64,000 nucleotides of DNA, taken from assembly GCA_012295275.1 (NCBI GenBank), contig CM022666.1, positions 10,974,001 through 11,038,000 on the forward strand. The letters are read 5' to 3'. A model generated the notes under the pieces. The model ran no database searches. It saw only the letters and a list, made by a program, of their open reading frames with translations, and had not been told where the DNA came from. This stretch comes from Chrysomallon squamiferum (lineage: Eukaryota > Animalia > Mollusca). The translations under genes were made by a program, and so were the position numbers. Position 1 is the stretch's first letter. Every line of letters starts with the position of its first letter. Positions 1-64,000 of this stretch are shown here, piece after piece.

Positions 1-20
1 ATTCTACACAACTGATTTTC

Positions 21-256
21 AGGTGCAAGATCCTAGGATGGGGTGGGGATGTCGTTTATCTGAATTTCTTCTACTGAATTATCATTTTTAAGTCATTTAA
101 AAATATATATATGTCTACTAAACAAAAATAATGTATTATTTGTCCATATAAAATATATACTGAAAAAAAAAAAAACTACCCTATAATTATATAAAGCACC
201 TACATTTTTCTATCACTCTACTTCCAGTCTTTTTGAATATTCCAGGATCTGCACCT
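21..256. mobile_element. Candidate degenerate MITE
   Basis: Imperfect inverted ends AGGTGCAAGATCCTAGGA (21-38) and TCCAGGATCTGCACCT (241-256) around AT-rich filler. Confidence 0.4.
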
Positions 257-423
257 ACTGTCACAGTGATACATTTTTAAATATGAATATGACTATATCA
301 TGTAAAAACATATAAAATATCTATATATAAATCTGTAGATAATGTAGTCCATACACCACTTATTATGCTATACTTTATACATCATGACATTCATACAAAT
401 ATAGAGTTCTGTTTATAGAAGCA

Positions 424-450
424 GTAATAATAATAATAATAATAATAATA

Positions 451-506
<56 letters not shown>
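424..506. repeat. (TAA)n followed by (TTA)n microsatellite
   Basis: Read directly. Confidence 0.95.
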
Positions 507-510
<4 letters not shown>

Positions 511-562
511 GTGTATAAGAATCTTTTAGTATCAGCTTTCCTTCATTCAAATAACAATGATA

Positions 563-565
<3 letters not shown>

Positions 566-612
<47 letters not shown>
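566..612. repeat. (CA)n microsatellite
   Basis: Read directly. Confidence 0.95.
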
Positions 613-614
<2 letters not shown>

Positions 615-976
615 ACAGTAACACACACACCCATATTATAAAGACAATATAAGGGACAATAAGAATTCACTGTAGTTGTTAATATCGTGACTGATCAGGA
701 AAAAGTAAATTAAGAAATATTAATAGTGTATGTACACAAAATATAGAATTTGCATAGTAAGAAGTTTCATGGATTTTTTCTCTCTCTCTCTGAGTATTGC
801 TTTAATGTTTTAACAAAGACTGAAGTTCAAATTATGACTTCTTATATTACATATTTTATATTTTAGATATATTCTAATATTTAACAGTTAAATACATCAT
901 GATCATCAAAAATGTGAAGAAAATAATTCTGAAGTAATCAGACTTTATCAATTTCTGATATTACAAGTTTTCAAAG

Positions 977-982
977 TTTATT
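977..982 (-). terminator. Candidate polyadenylation signal AATAAA of the filamin 3' UTR
   Basis: TTTATT on + strand about 1 kb past the stop; first canonical hexamer I noticed, but the region is very AT-rich. Confidence 0.35.
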
Positions 983-1983
983 AAATTTGTTATTATTATT
1001 TTTTTTTTTTTTCTGCTGAAACTTTGAAACAACATTATCAAGAATAAAATAAGCATCATTAAACATTACTTAAATGATAAAACCTTTCAGAAATTGTATA
1101 ACAATGTAATAATCAAAAGTAAACAGGTAACAGACTGTTATACATTTTTTAATAGTTTGTATAAAAGTGCAACCTTTAAATTTAGAAAAAATATTACCAG
1201 AATATAATGTCGAAAAAAAGAAAACAAAATAAAACAATGGAAAATTCTTGACATTTATCCTCCAGTTCAACAATTTGCATTAAATACACATATTTTCATA
1301 AACTGTGCATACAAATGTTAATGACATGTCCAAGATATTTTTGTCACCATGTTAGGTAATATGAAAGTATAAATAAAAATAAAGATATAAATATCACCTA
1401 TAATAATTCTAGTTATAAGAAAAATGAACCCTACAAAGTCTGATAACATTTGATTCTGATTTTACATAAATATGATTTGATTATATTTTGAATATATATT
1501 GTCTGTTTTTAGATGTCAGATCCAATTATAATGAATAAAAAAGATATTTCAAAAATTTATAATACAAACATCATATTTTGGAAACTGTAAAATGTAAAAT
1601 TTTAATATTACTTGCGAGCATGTCTAACAATTTTTGCTATATCTTAACCTATAATAATAATAATAATAATAATCTTATAAAAAAAAAATTTAATATGGTA
1701 AATTAATCAAACCATATATATATAAATATATATATATATAACACACTAAATGGAGGTGGGCTATACATTTTCTTGGAATTAAAATTATTTTCAGGTTTTT
1801 CTCATGTCCTTAATTTTTGCAGGTATTTCATAAGATTTTAAAAATATTTAATGATTTTTCTTTAATAATTTCCAACTGTTTCAGAATGTTCCTGATTTTT
1901 CTCAAATATTACTATTTCTTTAATTTACCCGACTTTCACAGTTTCTGTGGAACATTTAAATTTTCTGCTGATTTTTCTTTTTC

Positions 1984-62011
<60,028 letters not shown>

Positions 62012-62216
62012 CTGGTGGTGGAGAAGATAACATTTTAAATAAAATTATAAAAATAAAGCTTAATCTGTTTAGAAAAATTACATTTATAATAAAAAATAAT
62101 TTTAAAATACAAGATATATAATCTACCTTTAAAATAATAACAACATAAAGAACAACAAAAAACTGAAACAACAACAACAACAACAATAAAATGTAAATCT
62201 TGCTTTTAGCTAGAAA

Positions 62217-62251
<35 letters not shown>

Positions 62252-62279
62252 TTGTGGCAGAGTGAGTGTTTATATTTGA

Positions 62280-62321
<42 letters not shown>

Positions 62322-62879
62322 ATATACATAAATTTGCATATGTATAATGTTTGTGCACATGCTGTCATTTTTTATGCATTAAGAATTTCAGTTACTTGGG
62401 TTGTTTAAATGTTTGTCATTATACAAGATGCTAGGTATTTGTTTATGCTCCAAGGATCTTTTCTTCTTATTTATTTATTTATTTATAAACATACATGAAT
62501 TTCAAATGTGTATTCTTCATTTATTATTTTCATTATAAAAGCAACATGTGTGTTGTCTGGTTTTTATTGTTACAGACAACCACTCAAGCACGACACTAAA
62601 CCTGTCTAATAAATGTCTCAGACAATGATGATTCAGTGACATTTCATGTTTTATGTCTGTTGACAAACAGGTGATGGGCCTTACTGTGACACACCTGTAC
62701 AAACTGTTTGCACACACACACACACACACACAGACACACACAACACACATACTGGCTCCTAAGCCAGAAAGAAATCAAATAAAAACAGACCCTTCCTCAT
62801 TTATCTTGTTCCATCCATTTCTAAAATGTTTACAAGAAATAATTTGTTTTTGTTTATTTGTTCTTACCTTTTTTATTTT

Positions 62880-62896
62880 ATTTATTATTATTATTA

Positions 62897-62950
<54 letters not shown>

Positions 62951-62985
62951 TTAATTATTATTATTTTTAATTATTATTATTTTTA

Positions 62986-63024
<39 letters not shown>

Positions 63025-63037
63025 TTTTTTTTTTTTT
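62880..63037. repeat. (TTA)n microsatellite with poly-T
   Basis: Read directly. Confidence 0.95.
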
Positions 63038-64000
63038 AAAGCAGTAGGTTTTGCTGTTCTTGATTTCACATTCCAGTGTCCTTTTTTACTTAATTTCTAT
63101 CTAAAGCAATATCTATCAATGTTGGAAATTGTAAAAAATCTTGGAGCCAGGCCCAACATTTACTTATTTGTTTTCATGTATATAGCAGCAGTTATTTAAC
63201 AAAAATATTCAAAATTACATTTTTTTTATTTTTCTGTTGAAAAAATTTTACATACTATTTCAGCTATGAAATTTCCTCCTATAAATATACCAGTTAATTA
63301 TGCAGAAAAATAAGAAATTTGTCAATAATTATAACTGAACCTATCCTTAACGTCAACAGTATTTTACTGTATCCATAATTATATTACTGTAATGTTTTCT
63401 TTATTGGATTTACTGTATTAGTGTTAGGTATTATGTTGTGTAACAGTGTTGTACTTTGTACGTTATTAGCTGTCCTGCTAAATTAATGTCCCAGTGTTTT
63501 CTTTAATACACTATAATTGCGTCATTGTACAATAATGTACTAACATGTTTTACAGTACAGCTAATAACATTATAGGTGTAAAAAAAAATTATACATGTAA
63601 TATTTTATTTATATATTTAAAAAAAATGTTTTTACTGGTTGTTTTGTTGTTGTTTTTTGATACTTACATTATTGATTAAATGTGTATCATGGGCCAGCTA
63701 TACAGAATTAATATATCATGATGTGTAACACATACAATAAACATATTATTTTATGATCGAGTTTAATATAATGAATGTAAACTGATACCTAAAGAAGATG
63801 TGAACAAATAATAGCATTTAAGTGTTTATATATAATCACTTTTCTCATAATTTAAAAAAAATAAAAATAAAATTAATAAAATTGATTAGATTTTCCATTC
63901 TGTTTTAAGTATATTTTATTATCAGTTAATATTTATTATTGTATTACTAAATGTTACATACAAAATTTTGCATAAACATATTTAAATGTATCAAAATAAT

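Overview
AT-rich, microsatellite-laden animal DNA, probably a lophotrochozoan such as a mollusc (inferred from composition and repeat style, not tested). Nearly the whole window is one minus-strand filamin gene of the Jitterbug/FLN-2 type. I traced 46 phase-consistent GT-AG exons by hand from 62011 down to the stop at 1984 (about 6.85 kb CDS, about 2280 aa). They encode the end of CH1, CH2, a third CH domain and about 22 Ig-like filamin repeats; the 5' end lies beyond 64000. The rod is built from a repeated four-exon, two-Ig, all-phase-1 module. The standout feature is a 768-codon ORF (7780-10086) in the 12.5 kb intron. It looks like an alternative first coding exon that splices in frame to the last nine exons, giving a roughly 1283-aa CH-less filamin with a long disordered head, and a second donor 8 nt away would terminate it instead. 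A second non-Ig, frame-preserving 300-nt candidate exon lies at the homologous intron position near 46 kb. Also present are minisatellites at splice sites, candidate MITEs and possible internal promoters. No RNA genes or CRISPR arrays were seen. All calls come from reading the sequence; no searches were run.
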